From Anaerolineae bacterium (GTDB taxonomy: Bacteria > Chloroflexota > Anaerolineae > B4-G1): DNA of 64,000 nucleotides. Position numbers and translations under genes: made by a program. Every line of letters starts with the position of its first letter. Position 1 is the first letter of the stretch. The notes under the pieces were generated by a model. That model searched no databases. It saw only the letters and a list, made by a program, of their open reading frames with translations, and had not been told where the DNA came from. Of the stretch, positions 18,664 through 28,174 are shown in pieces. The stretch covers positions 5,483 to 69,482 of the forward strand of contig DAOUBA010000058.1 in assembly GCA_034432855.1 (NCBI GenBank), read 5' to 3'.

Positions 18664-18967
18664 GCGTGCCTCCCTGTCTGGGATACAGGATATTTTCCAA
18701 TGCGTCCATATAGGCCGCAAACGCCGCCCGCCCCTCCGGGGTGGCCCACACCCACGTTTTGGGGCGCCGGCCGACGAAGGTCTTTTCCACCCGCACATAG
18801 CCTGCCTCTTCCAGCCGCTGTAGGTGCACGCTGAGGTTGCCGTCGGTCAGGCCCAGCAGGTCCCGCAGAAAGGTAAAGTCAGCCCGGTCGCCTTCATCCA
18901 GGCCGACCAGCGCGGCCATAATGCGCAGCCGGGTTGGCTGATGGATGACAGGGTCCAATTCCGGCAT
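18653..18967 (-). CDS. Winged-helix transcriptional regulator (PadR/ArsR-like)
   Basis: MPELDPVIHQPTRLRIMAALVGL..DFTFLRDLLGLTDGNLSVHLQRLEEAGYVRVEKTFVGRRPKTWVWATPEGRAAF is a wHTH with a wing; RBS gggaggtg; start refined from the ORF track. Confidence 0.6.
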   Translation of the reverse strand: MPELDPVIHQPTRLRIMAALVGLDEGDRADFTFLRDLLGLTDGNLSVHLQRLEEAGYVRVEKTFVGRRPKTWVWATPEGRAAFAAYMDALENILYPRQGGTHEQ

Positions 18968-18968
18968 G

Positions 18969-19307
18969 TCACCTCCCATACCGGAGGGCCCGGAGGCCGC
19001 CGCCGATGAGGGCCCCGCCGCCCAGGAGCGCGACACCCAGGTTGAAATACCCTGGCAACCACGTCGCCAGCGCCACGGCCAGCAGGCCGATGAAGAGCCC
19101 GATGATGCTGATGCTCCAGTGGGTGAAGAGGCCGAATTGGACGTAGCCCAGCGCGATGGTCAGGACGATGAGCAGGGCAAGGTGGAGCCCGCTGGTGTAG
19201 AGTTGTAACTTCCAGATGAGCACGCCGTCAAAGGCCGCCAGGGCCAGCCAGTAGAGGAGAAGAGACGACCAGAGGCTGGAGGATTTCGTCCGCGCCCGCT
19301 GGGCCAT
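18969..19307 (-). CDS. Membrane protein (112 aa, 3-4 TM), first gene of the regulator operon
   Basis: Hydrophobic sequence with a Gly-rich C-terminus; its stop is 1 nt from the regulator start. Confidence 0.45.
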   Translation of the reverse strand: MAQRARTKSSSLWSSLLLYWLALAAFDGVLIWKLQLYTSGLHLALLIVLTIALGYVQFGLFTHWSISIIGLFIGLLAVALATWLPGYFNLGVALLGGGALIGGGLRALRYGR

Positions 19308-19563
19308 CCGAATGCCCAGATAGATGCTGCCCAGGATGCCGAGGGTGTTGAGGGGCGCCCAGAGCCAGTTGATGGTCTGCTACCGCGTTTCTGCACGATT
19401 TGCGGCTGGGCGGGGTGGGGAGGCATTGCACTGCTGCTGGTGATTGCCCACATTTGCGGCACTTCTACCCGAGGGAGGGACTTTCGGAGGGGCGAGCGCT
19501 TCGCGCCCGCCCCTCCGATTTCTTCTTTCTCTGGACATGTGGGTAATCCCAGTGCGTTTGACC

Positions 19564-19606
19564 TTGACAAATCAAAGGGATCGGTGTATAATGTTGTTAT
19601 AACAAG
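19564..19606 (+). promoter_or_regulatory. Consensus sigma70-like promoter TTGACA(19564-19569)-17-TATAAT(19587-19592), immediately followed by the palindrome TTGTTATAACAA (19595-19606), a GntR/HutC-type operator candidate
   Basis: ccttgacaaatcaaagggatcggtgtataatgttgttataacaagac read directly; the palindrome GT-TATA-AC fits the GntR-family GT-N-AC operator architecture; 46 bp upstream of the gntR-like gene. Confidence 0.55.
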
Positions 19607-19651
19607 ACTACAGGATTACAGGATATTGACATATCAGGCGCGAGGAGCATT

Positions 19652-20419
19652 ATGGTTGATCGCGTTGAGATTGCTAACGTCGGAGCCATAAGCAAAGACA
19701 GCCCTATTCCCCTCTATTTTCAGCTCAAGGAACTCTTGCGGCAGGAGATGGAAAGTGGACGCTGGCTGCCAGGACAGCAAATTCCTTCCGAACCGGAGTT
19801 GTGCGAAGCCTTCGGCGTGAGCCGTACGGTTGTGCGTCAGGCGCTAAGAGAGTTGGAGTATCAGGGGCTGCTATATCGTGAGCAAGGCAAGGGCACTTTT
19901 GTAGCACAGCCCAAGATCAGCGAGAGCCTGATGCAAGACCTGTCTGGCTTCTACGAGGATACGGTGTCCAAAGGACTCGCGCCGGTCACGCAGGTGTTAA
20001 GGCAAGAGGTTCAACCAGCCTCTAAGAAAATCGCCGACTATCTCCAGATCGAGCCCGGTGACAAAGTTATTGTGATCGAGCGTCTGCGCTCTGTGGGCAG
20101 CGAGCCTATTGTGTTGGTGACGACCTACCTTCCTTATGACTTGTGTCCCGATCTCGTCAACGAGGACCTGAGCACTCAATCCCTTTATGCTCTGTTGGAG
20201 GGCAAATATGGCCTGTTGCTTTCTCACGGTCGGCGGACAATCGAGGCTGTGGCAGCAAATCAGTACGAGGCTGAGCACTTGCACATCAAGGTAGGATCGC
20301 CACTTGTTCTGCTGAACAGCGTTAGCTATCTGAAGGATGGTCGCCCTATTGAGTACTTCCATGCAGTACACCGTGGCGACCGAAGCCGATTTGAGGTGGA
20401 GGTCGTCCGCAAACGGTAG
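19652..20419 (+). CDS. GntR family (HutC/UTRA subfamily) transcriptional regulator
   Basis: N-terminal HTH PLYFQLKELLRQEMESGRWLPGQQIPSEPELCEAFGVSRTVVRQALRELEYQGLLYREQGKGTFV plus a C-terminal UTRA effector domain. Confidence 0.85.
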   Translation: MVDRVEIANVGAISKDSPIPLYFQLKELLRQEMESGRWLPGQQIPSEPELCEAFGVSRTVVRQALRELEYQGLLYREQGKGTFVAQPKISESLMQDLSGFYEDTVSKGLAPVTQVLRQEVQPASKKIADYLQIEPGDKVIVIERLRSVGSEPIVLVTTYLPYDLCPDLVNEDLSTQSLYALLEGKYGLLLSHGRRTIEAVAANQYEAEHLHIKVGSPLVLLNSVSYLKDGRPIEYFHAVHRGDRSRFEVEVVRKR

Positions 20420-20814
20420 AGGGAGTCTCCTTCGACCAAATGACAGAACCTGGTAGCGATTAGAGGTTCGCATCAACAGTGAAAAGGTCCGTCCCAGGCG
20501 ACCATTCGTATCCTCAACAGCATCACCGGCGTCGAACTCCTGGCCGTGGTGCCATCCTACTTTCCTCGGTCACCGGCACGGCAATTCAAGCCCGTAGTAG
20601 GGGATGACCTCTACCAGGCCCAGGTCTACCGGCGGCTGGCGACTCCGATGCAACGGCATACCGACCGTGTTAGGACTAGCAGATAGGGTATAACAGCAAA
20701 GGAGGAAATATGAGAGTGAAGATTTGACCCATTTTCCAGAACTCGGCTGACGAGCGTCCCCGTCCTCCGGCACATCTGACGGGGAAACTAGCAAGATAGA
20801 AAAAAGGAGGAAAA

Positions 20815-22269
20815 ATGGATACAAAGGGGTTAACCCGCCGTGAGTTCATTCGCGGCGCAGCATTGACCGGCGTTGGACTGGCAGCAGCAGCATGCGCCCC
20901 CAAACCCACACCGACTGCAGCGCCTGCTGTGGCTCCTGCCCCTGCACTCCCTGCTGAAGAGAAGGAGAGGGAAAGACTGGCCCAGCAATACAAGAACGCC
21001 GAGCCCGGGCAAAAGTTCATGATTGGCCACATCACTTGGGGGCTGGCGCAAGAATATCTGATGATGTGCTACCAGGCTTGTGAACAGGCGTGTAGACAAC
21101 TCAATCTGGATTTTGCCGGTGCGGTGGCCGAGACCGATGCGGCGTGGCTCGAGACAACCGAGAGCATGATCGCTGCTGGTGCAAAGGCAATAGTCTACAA
21201 CTGCCCATCCGCGGCTATCCTGGCCGAGCTGGCAAGGATCTGCAACGAGAACAACGTGTTCATGGCCACACACTTCGGATATACCGGGGATATGTTCCCA
21301 GGAGACCTTGGGCCGCGATGGGTCGTAGACAACACGCCGCTGTCGGACGAGCAGACTTTTCTCCCATTGATGCTGCTCTTCGAGAAGATGAGGCAAAATG
21401 GGAAGACCAAGTTACTGCACCACCAGGCGCACAAAACGGCCGCTACCTGCTCCACCGTCTACATCAACCTTGGAGTCTTCCAGGCCTGGAAGTTCTATCC
21501 CGAGATGCAGGTGTTAGGCCACCAGTACGGCAACTGGAACTTTGAAGGTGGGAGAGCAGCAGCCGAGGCCTCGCTGGCAGTTCGGACGGACTATGAGGCT
21601 CTATGGGGCGCCAACGACTCGCAAACTACGGGCGCCTTGAGGGCATGCGAAGACCGTGGCTTGAGGATCGGCCCCTACACGGCCTCGAGAGACATGGAGA
21701 TGACTACGGCGGAAGAGATCCTGAAAGGGAATTTCCTCGTGACCGCTGGATTCGCCATTCCCTACTTTGGCGGAAGAATGGTCCCCATGCTCTACGATAT
21801 GTGCGTTGGCGCCTGGTATCCGCTGAAGGACGAGATGGTTCAGGCCGGCAGGATAGATTGTTACGGCCGGCCTGGTGAAGTCGAGCAACTGGCCGAGGCT
21901 GCCCGTATCACTTACCATCCGAGTTTCAAGCTGGGCCCAACCCAGGACAATCTGAATCAGGTATTGAAGCAAATGAAAGCGTCGCCGCCGGAGTATCCGT
22001 ACGACTTCAGGCTAATCTCTGTCTCAAAGTGTAGGGAACTCGGTCTGACGTATGACCGCCATGCCGGTGGCGGAACCTATCTGGGCCAGCATGACTATTA
22101 TTTCCCAGCGAAACTCAAAAAGTTCGGCAGCATCGAGGCCCTCAAGGCCCACGTCGCCGCTCTCCATGAGCACTTTCTCGACTTCAGCTGGGCCGACACG
22201 TGGGAGCAGGCAGAAGAGTATGCGAAAAAGTTTCCGCCGGAACTGAAGACGGAGCCTATCTGGCTGTAA
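20815..22269 (+). CDS. Periplasmic sugar-binding protein (PBP type I fold) with a Tat-type signal and lipobox; substrate-binding component of the adjacent ABC transporter
   Basis: Twin-arginine leader MDTKGLTRREFIRGAALTGVGLAAAAC; type-I PBP core FMIGHITWGLAQEY...AKAIVYNCPSAAILAELARICNENNVFMATHF; strong RBS aaaaaggagg. Confidence 0.7.
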   Translation: MDTKGLTRREFIRGAALTGVGLAAAACAPKPTPTAAPAVAPAPALPAEEKERERLAQQYKNAEPGQKFMIGHITWGLAQEYLMMCYQACEQACRQLNLDFAGAVAETDAAWLETTESMIAAGAKAIVYNCPSAAILAELARICNENNVFMATHFGYTGDMFPGDLGPRWVVDNTPLSDEQTFLPLMLLFEKMRQNGKTKLLHHQAHKTAATCSTVYINLGVFQAWKFYPEMQVLGHQYGNWNFEGGRAAAEASLAVRTDYEALWGANDSQTTGALRACEDRGLRIGPYTASRDMEMTTAEEILKGNFLVTAGFAIPYFGGRMVPMLYDMCVGAWYPLKDEMVQAGRIDCYGRPGEVEQLAEAARITYHPSFKLGPTQDNLNQVLKQMKASPPEYPYDFRLISVSKCRELGLTYDRHAGGGTYLGQHDYYFPAKLKKFGSIEALKAHVAALHEHFLDFSWADTWEQAEEYAKKFPPELKTEPIWL

Positions 22270-22361
22270 TGGCGGATTGGCGATTCCCTTTTCCACCCTA
22301 TCTGCTAGTTCTAACACGGTTGGTATGCGAGTAGCAAGAGTCGTGATTGGAAGAGGCTAGT

Positions 22362-23894
22362 ATGGCAATGCCGATGGATGTCCCATTGTTGGAAGTCAAG
22401 AGCGTTTCCAAGACCTTCGACGGAGTCGTGCGCGCCTTAGACGATGTGAGTATAGCCGTCTACCCCAATGAAATAGTGGGCGTTGTGGGAGAAAACGGGG
22501 CCGGCAAATCTACGCTCATGAAGATTCTGGTAGGTGTTTATTCGCCAGATAAGGGGGAATTGTATTATCGGGGAAGAAAAGTCCCATTTCCCAAGAATCC
22601 CAAAGAGGCGGCTCAAAGGGGAATCTCGATTGTCTATCAGGAAAAAGGGGTCATCCCCCTCTTGAGGGTATACCAATTCCTCCTCTTGGGGCACGAGGAT
22701 AAGTATGTCAGATTCTCGGGGCTGCAGATAGACAAAATGAAGGGGCTTGCAAGCGAGATATTGGAGGAGTTTCATGTAAAGTGCGATGTCGAGAGTTTTA
22801 TGTATGAACTGCCGCTTTCCACCCAGAAGATGGTTGAAATCGTGAGGGCGATTCTGAGTGTAAGGTTGGAGCATGGGGATGACGACGTTACGTCGGTCAT
22901 CATACTCGACGAGCCAACCGCACCGTTAACCATCGAGGAACGTCGGGAGTTGTTCAGTGACATACTGAACATGAAGAAGAATGCCTCGTTCGTCTTTGTC
23001 TCACACATCATACCCGAAGTGATGGAATTCACAGACAGAGTACACGTGCTGCGGGATGGTCGGCTGGTGGCTCACTACGACCTATCCAGGGAGAAAGTAA
23101 CAGAGGAGGATCTGTTCAGGGCGATAGTCGGTAGAGAATCTTCCGAGTACGTCTACAGACCGGAAACTAGGGTGGTAGGCGAGGAGATCGTTTTAGCGGT
23201 CAGGAATTTGACTAAGAGTGGCTGCTATTATGATGTCTCGTTCGAACTGCAGAAGGGCGAATGCATAGGAATCTTTGGGCCGGCGGGATCAGGCAAGAGC
23301 GAGATCATACAGACAATCGCCGGCCTCGTAAGTTTTGACAAGGGGGGCCTGAGCGTCAAAGGCCAAGAAGTGATGGCCGACGAGCCCCCTCACGCTAGAT
23401 TAGAGAGGGGTATTGGATATTTCTCGGGAGAGACCGGAAAAGAACTGTTTCTGAACTGGCCGATCACGAAGAACATCTCTATAGTCAATATTGAGAAGAT
23501 ATCAGGAAGGTCCATCCCGGTGATCAGTTTCAAAGCCGAGAGGAAGATGGCAGAAGAGATCGTAAGGAGGCTGAGAATCAAAGCCCCAAGCGTTAGCGCA
23601 GATTGCTATTCTCTGAGTGGCGGCAACAAGCAGAAGGTCTCTGTGGGGAAATGGATTGAGCGGAACCCCGACATACTTTTGCTAGAGGATCCGACGATAG
23701 GAATAGATGTGGGAGCCAGAAGCGATATCTTTGAAACCATCTTGGAGATGAAGATGCGCGGCACCTCGATGATCCTTGTGAGCGACGACCCTAAAGAATA
23801 CTCCATACTGTGCGATAGGATCATGTTCATCAAGAACGGGATCGTTCAAAGAGTCCTCAGTCCGGAACAGTTCGGGGAGATGATGGTGGCATGA
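22362..23894 (+). CDS. Sugar ABC transporter ATP-binding protein with duplicated NBDs (CUT2/RbsA-MglA type)
   Basis: Two Walker A motifs (GENGAGKST ; GPAGSGKSE), two signature motifs (LSTQKMVEI ; LSGGNKQKV) and a D-loop. Confidence 0.9.
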   Translation: MAMPMDVPLLEVKSVSKTFDGVVRALDDVSIAVYPNEIVGVVGENGAGKSTLMKILVGVYSPDKGELYYRGRKVPFPKNPKEAAQRGISIVYQEKGVIPLLRVYQFLLLGHEDKYVRFSGLQIDKMKGLASEILEEFHVKCDVESFMYELPLSTQKMVEIVRAILSVRLEHGDDDVTSVIILDEPTAPLTIEERRELFSDILNMKKNASFVFVSHIIPEVMEFTDRVHVLRDGRLVAHYDLSREKVTEEDLFRAIVGRESSEYVYRPETRVVGEEIVLAVRNLTKSGCYYDVSFELQKGECIGIFGPAGSGKSEIIQTIAGLVSFDKGGLSVKGQEVMADEPPHARLERGIGYFSGETGKELFLNWPITKNISIVNIEKISGRSIPVISFKAERKMAEEIVRRLRIKAPSVSADCYSLSGGNKQKVSVGKWIERNPDILLLEDPTIGIDVGARSDIFETILEMKMRGTSMILVSDDPKEYSILCDRIMFIKNGIVQRVLSPEQFGEMMVA

Positions 23895-24859
23895 AGATGG
23901 AGAGAAATCGGCTGATCGCGGTCATGATGCAGACCGTGAAGGCTCACCCTGTCATTGTCGTGCTAATCGCTCTCGTTGCGATGTTTTCAGGTTTATATCC
24001 GGAAAGATTTCTATCACCCTTGAATTTCTCGACAATTCTGAAACAGTTTGTAACGCTTACATTATTTGCGCTTGGCCCTTCAATGATCGTGGTGACCGGC
24101 TCGCTAGACCTGTCGTTCGTGGGGATCTGGATGCTGGGAGGTATCCTGGTGTGGCTTTTCACGCCGATCCTGGGGACATTCTCAATTCTTGTCATTCCCT
24201 TATTGGGGTTAGTCACGGGGTTCTTCGTCGGCGTCGTACAAGTCAAGGCAAAAATACCCTCTTTCATCCTGACGTTGAGTTTATTGGTCACATACTGGGG
24301 ATTGACGGCCACGCTCTCAGGGGGATACCCGAGGCCCGTTCGTGGATACGAGTTTATCACTGCGCCGTTGATACCCTATCTGCCCACGGCCTTTCTATGG
24401 TCTATCCCAATCATAGCCGCTGCCGTGTTCATCATGAAACGCACCAAGGTAGGCACGTATCTATACGCCATCGGGTCAAACGAAGAAGGGGCCCGGTTAG
24501 CCGGAATCAACGTTGATAGGTACAAGATACTGGCTTTCTCGTTAAGCGGACTGTTTACGGGCATAGGGTCAATTATCCTGTTCCAACACCTCGGAGGCGC
24601 GGCGCCGGTGGAACTCAATCTAAATAACATGGTGTGGCCGCTCGTTGCCATCGTTCTGGGTGGAACGCCGCTCGTTGGGGGGAGCGGCGGGCCCCAAAGA
24701 ACGATACTTGGCGCGTTGACCTTTGCCGTGGTGAATCGCGGATTGGTCCTGTCGCTATTGCACCCCGAGGCGATACAACTCCTTTTGGGGTTATTGCTCA
24801 TCATCTCCATTGTAGTGGGGAGTAGGGGGTTGAAGTTGAAAGGGGTAACGATCACATGA
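23891..24859 (+). CDS. ABC transporter permease (RbsC/branched-chain-type BPD_transp_2)
   Basis: Polytopic; ..GSNEEGARLAGINVDRYKILAFSLSGLFTGIGSII.. conserved permease loop; 4-nt overlap with the ATPase gene. Confidence 0.85.
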   Translation: MKMERNRLIAVMMQTVKAHPVIVVLIALVAMFSGLYPERFLSPLNFSTILKQFVTLTLFALGPSMIVVTGSLDLSFVGIWMLGGILVWLFTPILGTFSILVIPLLGLVTGFFVGVVQVKAKIPSFILTLSLLVTYWGLTATLSGGYPRPVRGYEFITAPLIPYLPTAFLWSIPIIAAAVFIMKRTKVGTYLYAIGSNEEGARLAGINVDRYKILAFSLSGLFTGIGSIILFQHLGGAAPVELNLNNMVWPLVAIVLGGTPLVGGSGGPQRTILGALTFAVVNRGLVLSLLHPEAIQLLLGLLLIISIVVGSRGLKLKGVTIT

Positions 24860-25833
24860 AGGGCGAGAAAACGATGGTCAGACCACCGCTTGCCCAGGAA
24901 TGGCTTCGAAGCAATAGGACTACAGTCGGGCTGATTGTCGCTGCGCTGGTGATTATCGCCGGATTTCAGGTGGTGAACCCTTTCTTTCTCAGTTATGATG
25001 GAATACTCACGTTGGTCTACGCTATGTCATACTTCCTGATAGCCGCCTGCGGATTGACTTTCGTCATCATGATGGGCTCTTTCGACTTCTCGGTGGTCAG
25101 CGTATTGAAACTCGCTGCGCTCCTATGCGTCCTGTACATTGACCGGCTCGGACTCTGGGTAATTCCCCTGGCTTTACTGATCAGCGTGGGGTTTGGCTTC
25201 ATCAACGGGCTATTCTTCGCCAGATTCAACGTCCCCTCGTTCATGGCGACGCTCGGCGTTTCCGTCGTGGTCGAGGGAATCGCGTTGTATCTCTCGAAAG
25301 GCTTTCTCCACATCATGGGCAATGCGACCTTCAGAGCCCTGGCAACGACCTTTATAGCCGGCTTGCCCTCGATATTCTATTGGGCGATGGGCATCTGGCT
25401 CATCAGCACTTTCGTGGCTCTGTGCACGCCCTTCGGAAGGCGCATCTACGCGGTCGGAGGCAACCCGATAGGCGCCGGACTCTCGGGCATAGACGTGGAG
25501 AGGCACAGAATTTATGGCTTCATGCTCAGCAGTTTCTTTGCCGGTCTGGCAGGAGTTTTGTACATGGCGCAGTTGGGGGGCGGCTCTATGGAAATCGGTG
25601 CAGACCTGGCCATACCGCTTTTCGCGAGCGTGGTCGCAGGCGGCACAGCCCTCACGGGAGGCATAGGGGGGCCGCATAGGACTCTGCTTGGAGTGGTCAT
25701 CCTTACCTGGCTGCGAGCCGGGATGTTAATGCTTGCAATCGGTCGTGATGTGCAGATGATCACGTTTGGCCTGATCGCCCTGGCCGTGGCTATCGCCACA
25801 ATAGATAGGAAACGGATAAAGTTTGTCAAGTGA
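24856..25833 (+). CDS. ABC transporter permease (second BPD_transp_2 subunit)
   Basis: ..AVGGNPIGAGLSGIDVERHRIYGFMLSSFFAGLAGVL..; overlaps the upstream permease by 4 nt. Confidence 0.85.
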   Translation: MKGEKTMVRPPLAQEWLRSNRTTVGLIVAALVIIAGFQVVNPFFLSYDGILTLVYAMSYFLIAACGLTFVIMMGSFDFSVVSVLKLAALLCVLYIDRLGLWVIPLALLISVGFGFINGLFFARFNVPSFMATLGVSVVVEGIALYLSKGFLHIMGNATFRALATTFIAGLPSIFYWAMGIWLISTFVALCTPFGRRIYAVGGNPIGAGLSGIDVERHRIYGFMLSSFFAGLAGVLYMAQLGGGSMEIGADLAIPLFASVVAGGTALTGGIGGPHRTLLGVVILTWLRAGMLMLAIGRDVQMITFGLIALAVAIATIDRKRIKFVK

Positions 25834-25875
25834 GTTCGCCGATTACCTCCGATAACAGCATCTTTCCGTCCGTAG

Positions 25876-26640
25876 ATGGCAGGCGCGTACATGCAGGCCT
25901 TGAAGAATAAAGTGGCTATCGTCACGGGTTCGTCGAGGGGCATTGGCAGAGCAATTGCCATTGCTTTTGCCAAAGAAGGCTGCAAGGTGGTGGTGAACTA
26001 TTGCCATTCCAGAGAGCATGCCGTCGCAGTTTCAGGGGAGATCGAAAAAGTTAACCCGAAAGGAAGTATCGTTGTCCAGGCTGATGTATCGGTGGAAGAC
26101 GACGTGGAAAGAATGGTGAACGAAACCATTGCCGCATTTGGAACACTGCACATCCTGGTGAATAACGCCAGTATTGCTCATAGATGCGCGTTCCTCGATA
26201 TGTCACTTGGCGAATGGGAACGCATGATCCGCAACGACCTCACGAGCGTCTTTCTGTGTACCCGCATCGCTATTCCACATATTCTGAAAAACGGCTGGGG
26301 CAGGATCATCAACATTGCTTCGACGTCTGGAATAACAGGCGGAACCTCCGGTGCCCATTACGCGGCTGCGAAGGGCGGCGTGATTGCGTTGACAAAGGCC
26401 CTCAGCAGCGAGTTCGCACCGTATGGAATAACGGTTAACGCCATCGTGCCAAGTAAAATAGAGACGGATATGCTGTGGGAATCTCTTGATGAGAAAGGCA
26501 GGGAGGCGACACTCAAAAAGATTCCTGTAGGAAGGTTCGGCAGGCCGGAGGAAATCGCAAACCTCGCTCTTTTTCTCGCTTCTGACGACGCCGGATACAT
26601 TACGGGCGAAACGATTGTAGCGTCAGGAGGATACCGATAA
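25876..26640 (+). CDS. SDR family oxidoreductase (short-chain dehydrogenase/reductase)
   Basis: TGSSRGIGRAIA cofactor motif; NNAS..; catalytic YAAAKGG (YxxxK). Confidence 0.85.
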   Translation: MAGAYMQALKNKVAIVTGSSRGIGRAIAIAFAKEGCKVVVNYCHSREHAVAVSGEIEKVNPKGSIVVQADVSVEDDVERMVNETIAAFGTLHILVNNASIAHRCAFLDMSLGEWERMIRNDLTSVFLCTRIAIPHILKNGWGRIINIASTSGITGGTSGAHYAAAKGGVIALTKALSSEFAPYGITVNAIVPSKIETDMLWESLDEKGREATLKKIPVGRFGRPEEIANLALFLASDDAGYITGETIVASGGYR

Positions 26641-26911
26641 GGGTGGGGCACTCTCCCCGGTTTTCTGCGCCTCTGATGGAGTCGGCGCGGAGGCGATCCG
26701 CCGGATCGCCCCCACTGGCGCGAGCACCCCATGCAAGGGAAGGAGGTGCTGCCAAGAGTCGGATTCAGCAATCGCTCTATGTAGACCCAAGAATGCCGAA
26801 ACGTGGAGAAGGGAGGTGAAATGAAGGTCAGATTTCAGAACAGTTAGGTTGAGGATCGTAGTAACCAAAGCCGGAACGTCTAATTTTCAGAAACTTGAGG
26901 AGGAAGGAAAA

Positions 26912-28174
26912 ATGAAAAGGTCTGTGTATCTGTTGATCGCTGTTGCTCTGCTGTTGAGCCTGGTAGTGAGCGCCTGTGCTCCCCAGCCTGGTCCGACGGC
27001 CGTCGCGACAGCAGTTGTCACTAAGGTGGTCGAGGTGCCGGTTGAAGTCGTGGCCACGCCGACGCCGCTGCCGGAAAAAGTGGGGTGCCCCGATAATATC
27101 GTCATCTGCTGGACCCCGCCCGATATCACGGGCGTCTTCAGGACGGCGACCGACTTTTTCATGAAGTCGGCTTTGGATGCCCGAAGGGCCGGGATCAACG
27201 TCTCGCTCGTCTCTCAGGCGCCTACCAGCCACTTGGCCTTCGGAGATCAGGTGGCCATCATCGAGGACTTTGTGGCCCGGAAGTGTGATGTCATCGCCAT
27301 CTCCCCCATCGAGGTCGAGGTGGTCATCCCGGCCATCAAGAAGGCCAATGAGGCGGGCATTCCGGTGATCATCGTCAACCTGCTGGAACCCATCGCCGGC
27401 GTGGAGGTGGCTTCCTACATCGGCTTCGACAACACCGAAGCCGCGAGGATCACCGCCTTTGCCCTGGTGGACTACTTCGGAGGGCCGGGTATTCTGGGTA
27501 CAGGTCGTAAGGTGGACGTAGAACTGGACACGTATCTCGACCTGGCCTGGTGGGAGGCTCTCTACGAGACCATCACCGAGGAGGAGAGGGCAGCGGTCAA
27601 GGCCAAGGTGGCCATCATCGAGGGCGTCGCCGGGGGCTTCTTCTCCCAGGCGCGGCTGAATGGCTTCCATAGCGTCGTGGACGAGTTCCCGGGTATCGAG
27701 ATCGTGGGAGCGCCCTGCGCTGCGGACTGGAACCGCGAGAAGGGAATCAAGTGTGCCGAGGACTTTCTGACCGCCTATCCCGATCTGGACGGCATCTGGG
27801 CTGCTTCCAACGAGATGGGTCTGGGGGCCATGCTCGCTGCCGCGGGTGCTGGTCGGCTGGAGTTGGCCGGGGAAGGCCCGGTGCTGGGTGATGGTAAGGT
27901 GGCCATCTTCACCAACGACGTCACGCCCGAGTCTGCCGACCGGGTAGCCGAGGGGAAGATGATCGCCGAGACCACTCATGGCTTCCCAGACTGGGGGTGG
28001 TATGGAACCGAGTTTGGGGTGACTATGGCCTGCGGCGGGCAGGTGCCCAAGATCTTTGACATCCGGCCCCGCATCATGTATCAGGCAAACGCGCGTCTGT
28101 TCTATCCCGAACCGGCGCTGGAGCCCATTGACTGGGAGACCATTAGCCAGGGCGGGTCGCCGCGCATGCCATAG
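26912..28174 (+). CDS. Periplasmic sugar-binding lipoprotein (PBP type I), substrate-binding protein of the second ABC system
   Basis: Lipoprotein signal MKRSVYLLIAVALLLSLVVSAC; PT-rich linker; type-I PBP core ..ISPIEVEVVIPAIKKANEAGIPVIIVN..; RBS gaggaggaagg. Confidence 0.75.
   Translation: MKRSVYLLIAVALLLSLVVSACAPQPGPTAVATAVVTKVVEVPVEVVATPTPLPEKVGCPDNIVICWTPPDITGVFRTATDFFMKSALDARRAGINVSLVSQAPTSHLAFGDQVAIIEDFVARKCDVIAISPIEVEVVIPAIKKANEAGIPVIIVNLLEPIAGVEVASYIGFDNTEAARITAFALVDYFGGPGILGTGRKVDVELDTYLDLAWWEALYETITEEERAAVKAKVAIIEGVAGGFFSQARLNGFHSVVDEFPGIEIVGAPCAADWNREKGIKCAEDFLTAYPDLDGIWAASNEMGLGAMLAAAGAGRLELAGEGPVLGDGKVAIFTNDVTPESADRVAEGKMIAETTHGFPDWGWYGTEFGVTMACGGQVPKIFDIRPRIMYQANARLFYPEPALEPIDWETISQGGSPRMP

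Noticed and set aside
19440-19691. 83-aa plus-strand ORF in the gntR upstream region
   Set aside because: It spans the promoter, operator and hairpin region; no RBS; its translation is low-complexity and overlaps the start of the true GntR gene.
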